A stretch of 64,000 nucleotides of DNA from Octopus vulgaris (GCA_951406725.2 OX597816.1:61876001-61940000); one strand, 5' to 3'. Positions 26,100-40,324 are shown, counted from the stretch's first letter. Made by a program: numbers and translations. Notes: generated by a model from the letters alone, not told the origin.

Positions 26100-26400
26100 G
26101 AGGATTACAAAATACAGTGCCTTCTTGCTAAATGAAAAAGCTAAGTGATTTCCATATGTCCTGGAAAGAGAAATTGGAGGAAGTTGTGGTCGATCTATGG
26201 AAGGATGCGTTTGTCAACTAAGTCAGGGCATATGCAAGCGTGTGCCGAATGGTTAACATTGAGAGCCAAATGAGGAGAGAAGTACAAGTAGACTGCCATA
26301 GGCCACTATGATATACTGGAGTTGTACCGTTTTGAGGGAGGAAAGAGGTCATCCAGATTGTTCACGCAGGGTAATAGCACAGTCAATATGCGTGTGATAG
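26100..26400 (-). mobile_element. Possible 3' end of an old CR1/jockey-type LINE
   Basis: Frameshifted resemblance to LxxLxPP and SFFPRTxxxWNSL C-terminal motifs (TTTCTCTTTCCAGGACATATGGAAATCACTT). Confidence 0.3.
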
Positions 26401-26403
26401 GCA

Positions 26404-26674
26404 ATATTGCTCCTTCGGATTTCCACTTAGTCAGGTCTCTGCAGAAATAGTCTTAATGGTAAAAATTTCAATTCCTTGGATGATGTCAAAAGATACCTTG
26501 ATGAATTCTTTGCCATGAAACCACCTCAATTCTGGGAAGAGGGTATTTTCAAGTTAAAGGAAAGATGGAGACGCATTGTGCAAGAAAATGATTCATACTT
26601 GGTTGATTAAAAATGTAATGGCAAGTATTTATCGACCTTTTTCTTTGCTTTAAAAATCGGCACGGACAACTCAA
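26404..26674 (+). mobile_element. 3' part of the mellifera-like non-autonomous mariner
   Basis: Near-identical to 19243-19519; right TIR partly deleted, followed by TA. Confidence 0.9.
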
Positions 26675-26956
26675 TATTATTACTTAGATGTTAATACCAC
26701 ATCTGAGACATATGTATACCAAAGTGAAACGGAGAAAAATGCTGAATAAGAAAGCGAAGTAAGAAGGATATATGTATATGATCACAACTGTCCGACGAGC
26801 GGTTTTTGTGACGATTTTTCAGGTTTAATAAAAAGCATACTACTCTATCTTTGGTATTCGAGTACAATTTTCTCCACCTTGTTTTCCATCTATGCGCTTA
26901 CTCGTGTGTGTGTATGTATGTATGTATGTATGTATGTATGTATGTATGTATGTATG

Positions 26957-26988
<32 letters not shown>

Positions 26989-27050
26989 GTTGATATATCT
27001 AGCTATCTATCCATATCTATATATGCAGTCACACACAGACGTAGATGCAG

Positions 27051-27131
<81 letters not shown>

Positions 27132-27815
27132 CTTACAGAGAACGCTCTGACAACACACACACACACACACACACAATGAGGGAGATACATAGACAGAATA
27201 AAATGATAAATAGAATAGATAGGTAGAATGAGAGAGAGAGAAAGAGTGAAACAGATTAAAATAGAAAGAATCAGAGATAAATAAGAGGAATAAAGAAAAA
27301 AACCTCCCCAATTTGGCATTTATTAGTCTTTCGACAACGATTGACAATCTGAAGAGTATGACTCACATTCTGTTCGATTTTATACACTGAAGCTATGAAG
27401 AGAAACTTCTTTGTAATCGTACGTGTTATGTCTGTGTGTCATTATATAGAAAGGCCAAGATATTGTAAGGAAGTGAAAGAGAATGATAGAGAAAGATGAG
27501 TTAAGAAAGGGAGAATGAGAGAGTAGGATAGAGATATATAGAGAGAGCGGGAGAGTGAGAGATACCTAGAGGCTTCCAAATGTTTTGTTTACCATGTGCA
27601 AACTAATATTTACGCACACATCCACGGCAATACACACGCGCACACCGTACATAAACAATCGTTTCCTTTCACATGGATATGCGAACACACAAACACGTAT
27701 GTGTTCAAACAAATAGAGAACCATTATACTGCAGCTGTACCTTGAAGGATAAAATGCAATAGCAATATCCATACATACCTACATACGTGATTGCAGCAAC
27801 CTGTACATATGTACA

Positions 27816-27909
<94 letters not shown>

Positions 27910-28515
27910 CATGAGATTATACGCATTTATGTGTATATATGTGTAATTACGTGTATATATATGTATATGCACATATATATATATAATATATATTTTTCAT
28001 GTGTCTATGTATATATGTATATGTACACGTGTGTGTGTGTGTGTGTGTGTGTGTGCCTTGTGTGGGTTTGTATATGCAAGTTTTGTGTACATGGTCGTGT
28101 TCTGATAGATATAGATCGCCGGCGTTGTCGTCGTTTCGTGATGTGAATCCTCTCTAATGAAATGAAAAGTTAGGAGGTCAAGAGGTTAGAACTCTTCATA
28201 TAAACGCCATCGGGTTCTGAGTGAAAGAACATTGCTTTCAGTATTTTTTTTTATTCTTCTTTTAACCCCCACCATTTCTCCCCCTCTCTCTCTCCCTCGC
28301 TCTCCCTTTCCTTTTGTCTATTCTCTGCTCATCTTATCTAGTCACAAAGATATTCATGTAAACACACATGCTGACACCATATACACTCTCACACACATCT
28401 ATATATGTTCACACACACATATATATATACACATATATAGGAAGAGATTTATAGTATGATTTGTTGATAAATTGGTACATGGATGAGTAGTCAGATAGCT
28501 AGTTATGTCGACAGG

Positions 28516-28549
<34 letters not shown>

Positions 28550-28899
28550 TATATATATAGATAGATAGATAGATAAGTAATGGTTGGATAGAAAGACGTA
28601 TTTTTATGTCCACATACTTATATTGAATGTTTAATCCGTCAGCTCTGTTGTTCAGCAAGGTTTCTATCCATACAGATATTAATAAATTTGCTTCATATAT
28701 ACCAAACGTGTTAGTCTGAAGCCATACATGAATAGTTAAATTGTGTTTATCTGACATAAATCTATATATGTAGATGTTGCAAGCGTAGTACAGATAAGAG
28801 TTGATCAATCAGTCTGGCACCATCTTGGCTAGAGTGTAAATAGACTTAATTGCCATAACTATCAACACTAACCTTCATTTTTTTTCTTCTTTCTTCCAG

Positions 28900-28953
28900 T
28901 CGCGTAGATATCATTGGAGATAACCATCCTTTGAATCTCAGATACAATTTCTG
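28900..28953 (+). CDS. Candidate 54-nt exon (phase 2-2): RVDIIGDNHPLNLRYNF
   Basis: CACTAAC branch point, long pure pyrimidine tract and CAG at 28897-28899; one open frame; donor CTG/GTACCT is weak, so the 3' boundary and coding status are uncertain. Confidence 0.35.
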
Positions 28954-29653
28954 GTACCTGATTAACGTAGGACATTCATAGTAATCAACTTGATTTTGGA
29001 ATAAAGCGCTCTATTATATTATCTACCAAACGAAAAGGAAGTCAAACACACAATCAAATGACTTCCGGTCTGATATCCATCTGTCTGCATACCAAATTAC
29101 AATGTTATAGATAAGGATACTCTGAGCTTGTTGCAGATTTGTCCCTTAATTCAGTAGCGATTGGGTAGATAAATAATCGAAAGTGTTCAAGCCTAAATAA
29201 CCTAATGTGTCTTTTTAGGCACGTTGTTATCGATTGTTCCCAATTACGAAAGATTGTAAGGAGTGATTTGACCCTAATTTGGTTACTATTTCTAGCTGTC
29301 CACGTTAAATCTCTCCAGTACGCGTTGTATCAATTAGTTGTTGTTTGCTTTTGTCTGTTGTTGTTATCATTGCTATCCAGTTCGATCAGACCTAACATGA
29401 AAGCGAAAAAAGCCAAGCCCTTTTGGACACTGGGGATATCTGTTTGGGTAAGGAATTCCCTTCAAAGCTGTATAGTTTTGAGTTCGATCTTGGTGCGCAA
29501 TGCATTACACTATAGTTTCAGTTTGAGCAATAACATGTGAATGGTAGTGGCGATTTTTCTAATCTACATTTAAAATTCATCCATGTACTCGACTTCCGGT
29601 TGGTTTGGCATATAAACCCTAAAAAACTTTTATGATTTAAACACTTTTAGTCC

Positions 29654-29782
29654 TGAACCACATGGTTCCGGGTTCAGTCCTATTGTGTGGCACCTTGGGC
29701 AAGTGTCTTCTACAATAACCTCGGGCCGACCAAAGCCTTGTGAGTGGATTTGGTAGACGGAAACTGAAAGAAGCCCGTCGTA

Positions 29783-29841
<59 letters not shown>

Positions 29842-30061
29842 GTATGTTTGTGTGTCTGTGTTTGTCCCCCCCCCAACGTTGCTTGACAACTGATGCTGGT
29901 GTGTTTACGTCCCCGTAACTTAGCAGTTCGGCATAAGAGACAGATAGAATAAGTACTAGGCTTACAAAGAATAAGTCCTGGGTTGATTTGCTCGACTAAA
30001 AGGTGGTGCTCCAGCATGGCCACAGTCAAAGGACTGAAACAAGTAAAAGAGTAAAATAGTA
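29654..30061 (+). mobile_element. SINE family A, 5'-clipped
   Basis: Homology to 2516-2936. Confidence 0.92.
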
Positions 30062-30721
30062 ATATATATATATATATATATATATATGCTGTGCTTAGCA
30101 GAAACTCTGTACGAAACTGAATAAAATCAGTATGATATTAAAAGAAAACCCACAAATTTATTAACCGCTACTTTGTTTAAACAAGCCTATTTACAATGTA
30201 TTTTATTTTCCTGATTCTGCACTTATCTTCTACGCTCCTATTCCCCTTTATCACTTCATTAAGGTCCCTTCATATAGCTACCCTCTTTGGTCGTCCAATT
30301 AGATATTTTGTAAAATATTGATTACTGGTACTATATTCTCTTCTTCAGGTCGTCGAGTAAAACATTTTATGCAATATTGACACTTTATATTCTTTTAACG
30401 TAATTTAATATACATTTACTAAAATAATTATTTAAAGAGTTTACATATGTACACTTAACGACATAGGGAGAAAACAATAAAAGACAAGCAAAACAATATA
30501 AAAATAAAACGACTGAAATACATTTCCATTTCGCTCACTTCATACAATAGATGCTCTTTCATTATGACTTCTATGTCACCTTTATTTTAAATATAATCAT
30601 TTCCAATACATTGCCATCTTTAATTGCCTTTGAGACACCCTTCTGACTTGTCATAATTTGCACATTTCAATCAATCATGCAAACCATTATACCGTTTTTG
30701 TTTTCAAAGAGGTCTCTCCTT

Positions 30722-30989
30722 TTTTACTTGATTCAGTCATAGAATTGCGGCTATGTCGGAGCACTGCCTTGAAAGAGTTTTGTAGAACAAACCGATCCTG
30801 GTACTTGCTTTTTTTTTTTAAATTTAAAGTTTCATACTGTTTTCAATTGTTTGTTGGGAAAAGAGAGTGACAAGCACTAACACAAACGCATCCTCCCCAA
30901 CGCCTCACACACACTTACATATATATCTATATACGACGGACTTCCGCACGGTTTCCGTATGCTAAATTCGTTCACAATGTATTGGTCAC

Positions 30990-30990
<1 letters not shown>
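30722..30990 (-). mobile_element. Old diverged SINE family A-like copy
   Basis: TTCAGTCAT..GAGCACTGCCTTGAA; GACGGACTTCCGCACGGTTTCCGT. Confidence 0.55.
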
Positions 30991-31035
<45 letters not shown>

Positions 31036-31422
31036 ACTCTTTTACTTGTTTCAGTCATTTGACTGTAGCCATGCTGGAGCACCGCTTTTAGTCGAGCAAG
31101 TCGACCCCAGGATTTATTCTTTGTAAGCCTAGAATTTATACTATCCGTCTCTTTTGCCGAACCGCTAAGTTACGGGGACGTAAACACACCAGCATCGGTT
31201 GTCAAGCGATGTTGGGGGACAAACATACACACACACACACATACATATATACATATATATGACGGGCTTCTTTCAGTTTTCGTCTACCAAATCCACTCAC
31301 AAGGCTTTGGTCGGCCCGAGGCTATAGTAGAAGACACATGCCCAAGGTGCCACGCAGTTGGACTGAACCCCGAACCATGTTGTTGGTAAGCAAGCTGCTT
31401 ACCACGCAGTCATTCCTACGAC
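31036..31422 (-). mobile_element. SINE family A, full length
   Basis: Reverse complement of family A. Confidence 0.93.
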
Positions 31423-31724
31423 TATGTATATAATTACATGAAGAAATGCGGGCTAGAGAAATAATAGTCTTAAGATTATAAACCTGGAAAAGTTCAAGAC
31501 AAGTTGTTATTACATCTGGTAAAGTACAAAAAAAAAAAAATTGTTTTACTTAAAATATTGCAGCTAAGGTTAAAATTTCAAATAAGATATTTAGATTTAG
31601 AAAATATTAGGTTTTATCAAAACTAAATATTTTATTACACGTTATTACTTCTATATATTATTACTGGTTACTTCTATTAAATAATAGAACATAACTCAAA
31701 AAACATTTTTTGCACTTTAAAGAA

Positions 31725-31767
<43 letters not shown>

Positions 31768-31927
31768 TTCTTAAAGTAGAAGTTCTAAGCTAATGATGTT
31801 GACGAATGATTAAATCTGCATCCGCTTTTATATTCTTAAAAACATGTATAATAGATTTGAACAGCTGGTTATTAATACTGCTTATTATTATTATTGAAAT
31901 GCCGCCGCCTTTACGAATATAATATAT

Positions 31928-32590
31928 CTATTCTACTCTATGCACAAGGACCGAAATTTTTTGGGAGGTGGCCAGTCGATTAGATTGACTCCAGTATGTA
32001 ACTAGTACTTGATTTATCGACCCCGAAAGGATGAAAGGCAAAGTCGACCTCGGCGGAATTTGAACTCAGAACGTCAAGACAGACGAAATATCACTAAGCA
32101 TTTCGCCTGCATGCAAACGATCCTGCCAGCTTGTTGCCTTGAACTGGTAATTAATATTGGCTTAAGATTTTGGCACAAGGCCAGTAATTCCGGGTGAGGG
32201 ATAAGTCGATTAGATCTACCTCAGTGCTCAACCGGTACTTATTTTATCGACCCAGAAAGAACGAAAGGCAAATTTTGCACACGGAGACCGACGAAATGCC
32301 GCAAAGCATTTCGCCCGGCGTGCTTATGGTTCTGTATCTCGCTGCCTTGAACTCGTTACTAATATTACCATACCTTTAAGGATGCGACTGGCGGAATCGT
32401 TAACAGGCCGGGCAAAATGCTTAGCGACATTTCGTCCGTCTGTGCAATCTGAGTTCAAAAGACGCTCGGGTCGTCTCTGCCTTTCATCTTTTTTGTGGTC
32501 GATAAAATAAGTACGTGTTGAACACCGAGGACTCTCTCCCTCCGTCACCCGAATTTGGTAGCCTTGAGCTAAAATTTGAAACCAATAGCG
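31928..32590. mobile_element. Cluster of three SINE family D copies (two - strand, one + strand)
   Basis: TCGACCCCGAAAGGATGAAAGGCAAAGTCGACCTCGGCGG at 32017; diverged copy at 32247; inverted copy CCTTTCATC..GGTCGATAAAATAAGTAC at 32480. Confidence 0.8.
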
Positions 32591-32997
32591 CTATACCTGT
32601 ACGAAATCATAAAATATACACGTATATAAGAATATATGTGTATATTTAAATATGTGGGTACATATATATATATATAATATATACACATGCGTGATGTGTT
32701 TGAATATGTGCATTGTACGTATATATTAACATTCACACATATGTACGAAAATTTTTGCATTATAGTATACAGAAGTCGTAAATGATACACTCCTAGTTAT
32801 TTATCTTTTCCAATATCTCCCTGCGTATTCAAGTAGCCCTTTCATCTTTACAAATGTTATGCCATATGTAATATACAGAGGTCAATTAAAAGATTATGCG
32901 CCAGTTTCCTCATTAAATGAGTCAATTGAATAAATATATAGGTATCTATGCATATATGTGTGTGTATGCGTACAAATCTGGGAATAAAAATCAAAAA

Positions 32998-33062
<65 letters not shown>

Positions 33063-33210
33063 TACACGTGTGTGTGTATGTGTACGTCTATAGACATTTT
33101 TACATATATATAAATATATATGTATATACATGTGTTTGTGTGTGTGTGTGTTTTTGTATCTATACTTGTATAAATGCATATGGTGATTATAATTTTAAGA
33201 TAATACACTT

Positions 33211-33300
<90 letters not shown>

Positions 33301-33952
33301 ATTTATATATATGTATTTATTTATATATGTGTTCGTGTATAGTTTGTAAAATATACGTACATTTATACATACATATATATTTACATGTATAAATATATAT
33401 TTGCATATATATACCTATATACTTGTGTATATTGAGCAACGCAAGTTTGCATATCTAACTATCTATCTATATACATGCGCGCGCTCGCACACCTGTGTAT
33501 GTATGCTTACATGCACTCGTAATATGTGACACTATTCCCTTGATGAAAGTAGCAGTGATGTAAAGAAATAAATTTTATTATTCAATTAGTGAGACTCTTA
33601 TATATAAGTTTATATTATTTCAGCCATTTAAAATATAATCAACATTAGTTCTGTACTTTCTGATTGTTATTGTATAGACAGCCAAGAATAATTAACTTAA
33701 AATTCATACTAATCTAATTCTATGTCCTTTTGAAGTGAAGCCATATTTTCGCTTCGTAACGTCCACGTAATGGTTTACTATTAAAGCAAGATCTGAGTTA
33801 CACGATTTATTTATGTATACTTTTCATGCTTCGAGGTTATTTTGTAATTAAGCAATGCAAGGCAGCTGAAGTGTCACAACAGATATCCTGAAATTTTACA
33901 AGCTCGTTGTTAGAGAGAGACGAAATCATCATATTTTGAACATATTCCTTGT

Positions 33953-33997
<45 letters not shown>

Positions 33998-33998
<1 letters not shown>

Positions 33999-34270
33999 AG
34001 GCGCAATGTCGCGGTCGTAGGATCGCGGTTTCGATTCCCAAACCGGGCGTTGTGAGTATTTATTGAGCGAAAACTCCTAAAGATCCACGAGGCTCCGGCA
34101 GGGGGGGTGGTGTTCCCTGCTGTACTCTTTCGCTACAACCTTCTCTCACTCTTTCTTCTGTTGGCCTGCTCGCTTAACCAGCGGGGTGGTGTCATTTAAA
34201 GGTTAAAACAATGTGACCAGCGTTGTGTGGCAACATCTGATAGCCTAGTCGGTCACGGTGTTCACGGTGA
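33998..34270 (+). mobile_element. SINE family B variant with a different 3' tail ending (TCACGGTG)2
   Basis: Family B head (short deletion) and body; 3' part unrelated to the 13104/48835 copies. Confidence 0.8.
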
Positions 34271-34316
34271 TATATATATATATGCATACATACACATGCA
34301 TATATGTACATATATA

Positions 34317-34507
34317 CGAGGGGGAGCTAAAAAGTTCTTGGTTTTAAGGTTATCCTGAAAGGCCTTGTAGGAAGCCGAAATTCCACGTTCTTTTACAGCT
34401 CAATAAGCGTGTGAATCTGAGACGAGAATATGTTGAATAAAATTACAGTTAACTGATTCTTCTGTATTTTCTTTAACCCAAAGTCAGGATCGTTTCAAGA
34501 ACTCTCG
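34317..34507 (+). mobile_element. Mariner-derived MITE (~200 bp)
   Basis: TA|CGAGGGGGAGCTAAAAAGTTCTTGG TIR; internal mariner C-terminus remnant (RVNLRREYVE*). Confidence 0.75.
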
Positions 34508-34774
34508 TTTACATAATTCGGTTAGGCATTGCGATACTAAGAACCCGGTATAGAACTCAAAATACATAGGCTTGTGATCGAACCGTTAGTTGAGTACAGA
34601 GCAGAAATTACATGATATGACCAAGGAATCGACGGTTCTTATGAAGTTCATTACCTTACAGCTGTTTCGGCAATTAGATGCAGTGAACTCATAGTTGGGT
34701 GTGGCTGAGTAAAACGTTATAGATTTATCGAAGCCTCGAATATGAGGTGCAACTTATCTGGGAAAAGAATTACA

Positions 34775-34825
<51 letters not shown>

Positions 34826-35346
34826 AAAAAAGCGTTGGATCTAAGAAAACAAACATGTAGGGGATGAAAACCAAGGGCTCATTTCATAAATAGAATACGA
34901 TTAAGTATAAATGTGCATAAAGATTGATATATACAGAATAAGATAAAGGCTAATTAAATCTTATAGAAAAAATATATGTACACATACATACACAAACGTG
35001 TGTGTGTGTGTGTGCCAACCATTCTAACAGCACGGTGTCTTAAATACACTATATATCAAATGATTTTTAACACTCACCAGGAGGCGCATTTTCTTCTTGA
35101 TCTCAATAACGGACTGTGTGCTATGTATGTATGTATGTATGTATGTATGTATGTATGTATGTATGTATGTATGTATGTATGTATGTATGTATGTATGTAT
35201 GTATATATGTATGTAGAGAGAGAGAAAGAAAACTTTCACTCTAAGATTATGTTAGTCATTAATGCTATTAATATAAGTATAATAATATCAAAATTGCTAA
35301 CGGAAACGTAATTTAGCTGGAATTGAATACACCATCAATGCTATTA

Positions 35347-35388
<42 letters not shown>

Positions 35389-35390
35389 AA

Positions 35391-35723
35391 GACCCACTTC
35401 AGTTACGACGCAGATCATGGGATTGCACCTAGAAAGTTACCCTCCCAGGCACAAGTCCAGGCAAGGTTGTTTATGGAAGGCCAGCAGTCGCCCATGAATA
35501 CCGGCCTCCCCACTCCACGTCACCGATGTTATCCAAGGGAAATGCAAAGGCCGATATAGCTTAGCACCTGTGATGTTGCAACTCATTTCTACAGATGAGT
35601 GAACTGGAATAACGTGAAATAAAGTGTCTTGCTCAAGAACACAACACGCAGCCCGGTCCAGGATTCTAACTCACAACCTCACGATCGTATGCTCGACGCT
35701 CTAACCACTGAGCCATGGGCCTT
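35391..35723 (-). mobile_element. SINE family C
   Basis: Head TGGCTCAGTGGTTAGAGCG..GAGTTAGAATCC; core TTGTGTTCTTGAGCAAGACACTTTATTTCACG. Confidence 0.85.
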
Positions 35724-36000
35724 CATACACACACACACACACACACAGACACACACAGACACACACACACATAAATATATATATATATATACATGCATAT
35801 ACATACATATACATACATTCATATATGTATATATGTGTATATATGTATATATATATATATCTGTGTGTGTATATACATGCATATACATACATTCATATAT
35901 ATATATACATGCATATACATACATATATATACATACATATGCATTCATATATACATATACATACATATATATATACATATACATACATATATATATACAT

Positions 36001-36050
<50 letters not shown>

Positions 36051-36095
36051 ACATATATAATTATATATACATACATACATACACACACACACACA

Positions 36096-36156
<61 letters not shown>

Positions 36157-36871
36157 CAAGCATAGATACATAGACATTTAATCCCGTATTTCCTTCATTA
36201 ATCATCACCAATTAACACTTGCTAAAACTCTGAGCGTCATTGAGCCTAGTATTTTAACTCAAGACATGATTACATTCTCAATATCGTATTCTACGTATAT
36301 TTCAACATTAATTCTCGCTGCTGTCAATATAGAATGTTGATTCGAACCCGAAACACTCCCAAACAATTTAACTATGTCTTGTGCATGCCTGGAAGGCTTT
36401 TATTTCATTGTAATTTGTCTCTCTGGGGAATTGCGCAATTTATGCATTGTCAATTTTAATGGCAATACAGATTGAATAGATGTCCATGGCGGATATATTT
36501 ATACAAACGTCAACATATGTATGTAACTACGTATGTATAAATATGCATGTATATGTGTATACGCACGCAGCCTTACGTATGTATATATACATATATATAT
36601 ATATGTATATGTGTATATATATATATGTATATGTGTATATATATGTATATGTGTGTATATATATATGTATATGTGTGTATATATATATGTATATGTGTAT
36701 ATATATATGTATATGTGTATATATATATATGCATATGTGTATATATATATATGTATATGTGTGTATATATATGTATATGTGTATATATGTATATGTGTAT
36801 ATATATGTATATGTGTATATATATATGTATATGTGTGTATATATATATATGTATATGTGTATATATATATG

Positions 36872-36924
<53 letters not shown>

Positions 36925-36937
36925 GTGTATATATATA

Positions 36938-37020
<83 letters not shown>

Positions 37021-37200
37021 GTGTATATATGTATATGTGTATATATGTATATGTGTATATATATATATATGTATATGTATATATGTATATATGTATATAT
37101 ATGTATATGCGTATAGATGTATGTATATGTGTATATATATATATGTATATATATTTATATATGTATATATATATATAATAATACACACATATGTATATGT
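35724..37200. repeat. Large degenerate (CA/TA/TATG) microsatellite field in two blocks with a ~350-bp spacer
   Basis: Low complexity; source of the 190-230 aa Y/I/M/C pseudo-ORFs. Confidence 0.95.
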
Positions 37201-37650
37201 CTATTATTTATAAGCATAGAGGTAAACACATACATTTACGTGTGCGTGTCCGTCTACATATACAGGTGCTCACACATAGATATATATTCAACCACATATA
37301 TGTATATACACAAATTGACCTCATACACACTCACGCACAATTCAATACAGAAATATTCCCCAAGGTGTTGGGATTTGGCCAATGCAAGAAATATTCTGGC
37401 GATCGGCTCAATTATATAAAAGTATTTCCGAGGAGTTCAATTAGGTAGTTGCAACTTGTATGTAACCTGTTTTTATAATGTCTTAGTCGGTATAAATGTT
37501 TCCTGTTGTTCTGATTATACAAGGAGAAATGTCATTAGAGAAAGTCAAATGAGATAATAAATAGTTTCGACAGAATGCGTGTATAGGTAGCCAAATATCT
37601 GTGTAATCCTATAATACACTTATGTGAAAATGATTGTATTTGTGTACGTT

Positions 37651-37735
<85 letters not shown>

Positions 37736-37879
37736 CACCTAGATATTTATTTATTCAGTATTCCTGTTTAGTACATTCTCACTCATTCTCTGTGTCTCTA
37801 CATATAAAATTATATGTATTTATCTTTCTATATATATATTTCATATAAACCTACATATACATTTAAATATACTTATATA

Positions 37880-37930
<51 letters not shown>

Positions 37931-38025
37931 CATATATAATGTACTTGTATGTATATACATATATGTTATCTATCTGTCTATATAACGTAGAGAGAAAGAG
38001 GAGAGTGAGAGACGAGAAAATACAC

Positions 38026-38064
<39 letters not shown>

Positions 38065-38751
38065 GGGAGTGAGAGAGTGCGTGTGTATGTAGTTATTTAC
38101 GATGTATATAGCAATGAAATATAGATTCATTATTAGTGTATTCATTCAGAGTCACCAATATCATTTTAGCAGTAAGGCCATAAACTTTTGTTATCATTAA
38201 AGCAACAGACGAATAAAAACATTATCATTGTAGTGGCTGGATAAGAAGAGAGAAGGTTCGGTTAAACTAGATATTAACTAAATTATCAGAAAATATCTAT
38301 CAAATTATATGTTCACAGAGTATGTTATGTGGTCACATTTTTTCTAATATACACCAATTTAATATTATGTAGTACTTTAATATGATATTCTGGAGGACAC
38401 CGACCCAGTTTGTAGTTTAAGTCCTATTTTTCGTATTATATGCCGTCTATTTGATTCTAAAATGTGTATATGTTGTCGTTCAGGAAGACGTGTGTAACAG
38501 TCTGTAAGTTTAGTTAGCTCGAGGTGTAACAAATGATTATGTGTGAAGTTCCAGATTAGAGAGGGTTTTATATTAGGTTTTCGAGCACAAAAGAAGTGAC
38601 TGAGGGCAAAGCAAAACGCAATGTGAAGGTTAAATGCTAATACGTCCCTATCTTTTAAATTCATGCCGTCATTATTTCGTTTCTACTGGCCATAACTTGA
38701 CCATTTCTCTGTCGAAAGCCCTAATACCGTGTGCGTGTATATATATATATG

Positions 38752-39004
38752 AATTAGAGAAAAACCACTATTATATAATTCAAACAATGATAGACATTAA
38801 CCATATCATATAGAAAAAATAAAAAATTAAATATTATAAAACATATTTTATTTTTTCTATATGATATGGTTTATGCCTATCATAGTTTGAATTACATAAT
38901 AGTGGGTTTTCTCTAATTTATACATATTATATATTTATATTGTAAAATTTGATTTAATACTGAATTGAATTTTTCCCTCTAAGTTCGGAGTTATACTCCC
39001 TAAT

Positions 39005-39008
<4 letters not shown>
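38752..39008. mobile_element. Fold-back element (Penelope-like terminal repeats) in a TA array
   Basis: ~70-bp inverted arms 38752-38824 / 38846-38918 plus a unique ~90-bp tail ending CCCTAATATT; both ends homologous to 58701-59175. Confidence 0.7.
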
Positions 39009-39065
<57 letters not shown>

Positions 39066-39442
39066 TCACACACACACATTTTTTCTTGTATACTTACATT
39101 TAATAATGTCTATATATTATCATTTATCTTATTACTCTGCTTCTGATTCCTTACTTTCAATCTATAGATAGTGTGTATACCTTTCCAGATAAATTCTATA
39201 TGTTAGTGGTTTGAGTGATCTTTATAGTGACCACCTAATAATTAATTAAGTGAATATGAGGTATTAAGTTGGTTCTACTTAATAGTAATCTTCTTTTAAT
39301 GTTTAAATTGATCTATAAAACCCGTTTAGCTAACTTGGTGTTTCTCTAATTTATATATATTATATATAAATTTGTAGAATTTTAAAACTATATATTTTTA
39401 TTTTATTTTCATACAACATAATAATATTGTTTATAAACGTCC

Positions 39443-39839
39443 AGGAGTGGCTGTGTGGTAAGTAGCTTGCTAACCAACCACATAGTTTCGGGTTCAGTCC
39501 CACTGCGTGGCATCTTGGGCAAGTGTCTTCTGCTATAGCCCCGGGCCAATCAATGCCTTGTGAGTGGATTTGGAAGACGGAAACTGAAAGAAGCCTGTCA
39601 TATATGTATATATATATATGTGTGTGTTTATGTGTATGTGTTTGTCCCCCTAGCATTGCTTGACAACCGATGCTGGTGTGTTTACGACCCCATCACTTAG
39701 CGGTTCGGCAAAAGACACCGATACAATAAGTACTGGACTTACAAAGAATAAGTCCCGGGGTCGATTTGCTCGACTAAAAGCTGTGCTCCAGCATGGCCGC
39801 AGTCAAATAACTGAAACAAGTAAAAGAGTAAAAAAGAGT
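39443..39839 (+). mobile_element. SINE family A, full length
   Basis: Homology to 2516-2936. Confidence 0.93.
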
Positions 39840-40324
39840 TCTCCCACTGATCCCCTAATGTTTTCCTAGATTTAATTCATAGTTCTTTTTTCTTTAACTG
39901 GTAACACCATGAATTAACGTCACTCCTACCCTTCCTCTTTTATAGACATTTACTGCTATCTAATTGAATCCTTCTAAAGTTTTGTTTCTTTTTTTGTGTG
40001 CTGGGGAGTACCTGTGATACTATGAAATTGATGACCAACAGCCAAATATGAGCTGTCAACCCTCTTTGCTTTTTATTCTAAATATACGCAAATTTCTAGT
40101 CTTGGATTTTTGTTGATGATAAGGAGATAGATAAATTGGAAATAAATTACAACACTATGACGCCCACTGTGTTCCATCGCACTCTAAAATTGTAGTTTTG
40201 TTCTTTTCTTAGATATTCTTGCTACAATAGTGAAAACCTGAAATTCTTCCATTGCTTATTTAAATGGAGCCGCTTGAAACGTTCGTACTGCATTGCTACT
40301 TGATATTCTGTTACTTATTTTGAT

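Noticed and set aside
28138-28245. Possible C/D snoRNA, SECIS hairpin or TATA/Inr promoter
   Set aside because: Box C imperfect, no convincing guide or terminal stem, SECIS quartet misaligned, and TATA to TCAGT spacing ~41 nt is too long
36480-37213. ORFs of 190-232 aa in several frames (also 6721-7850, 16747-17395, 24137-24853, 49486-50013)
   Set aside because: Translations of TA/CA/TATG microsatellites, which lack stop codons; not genes
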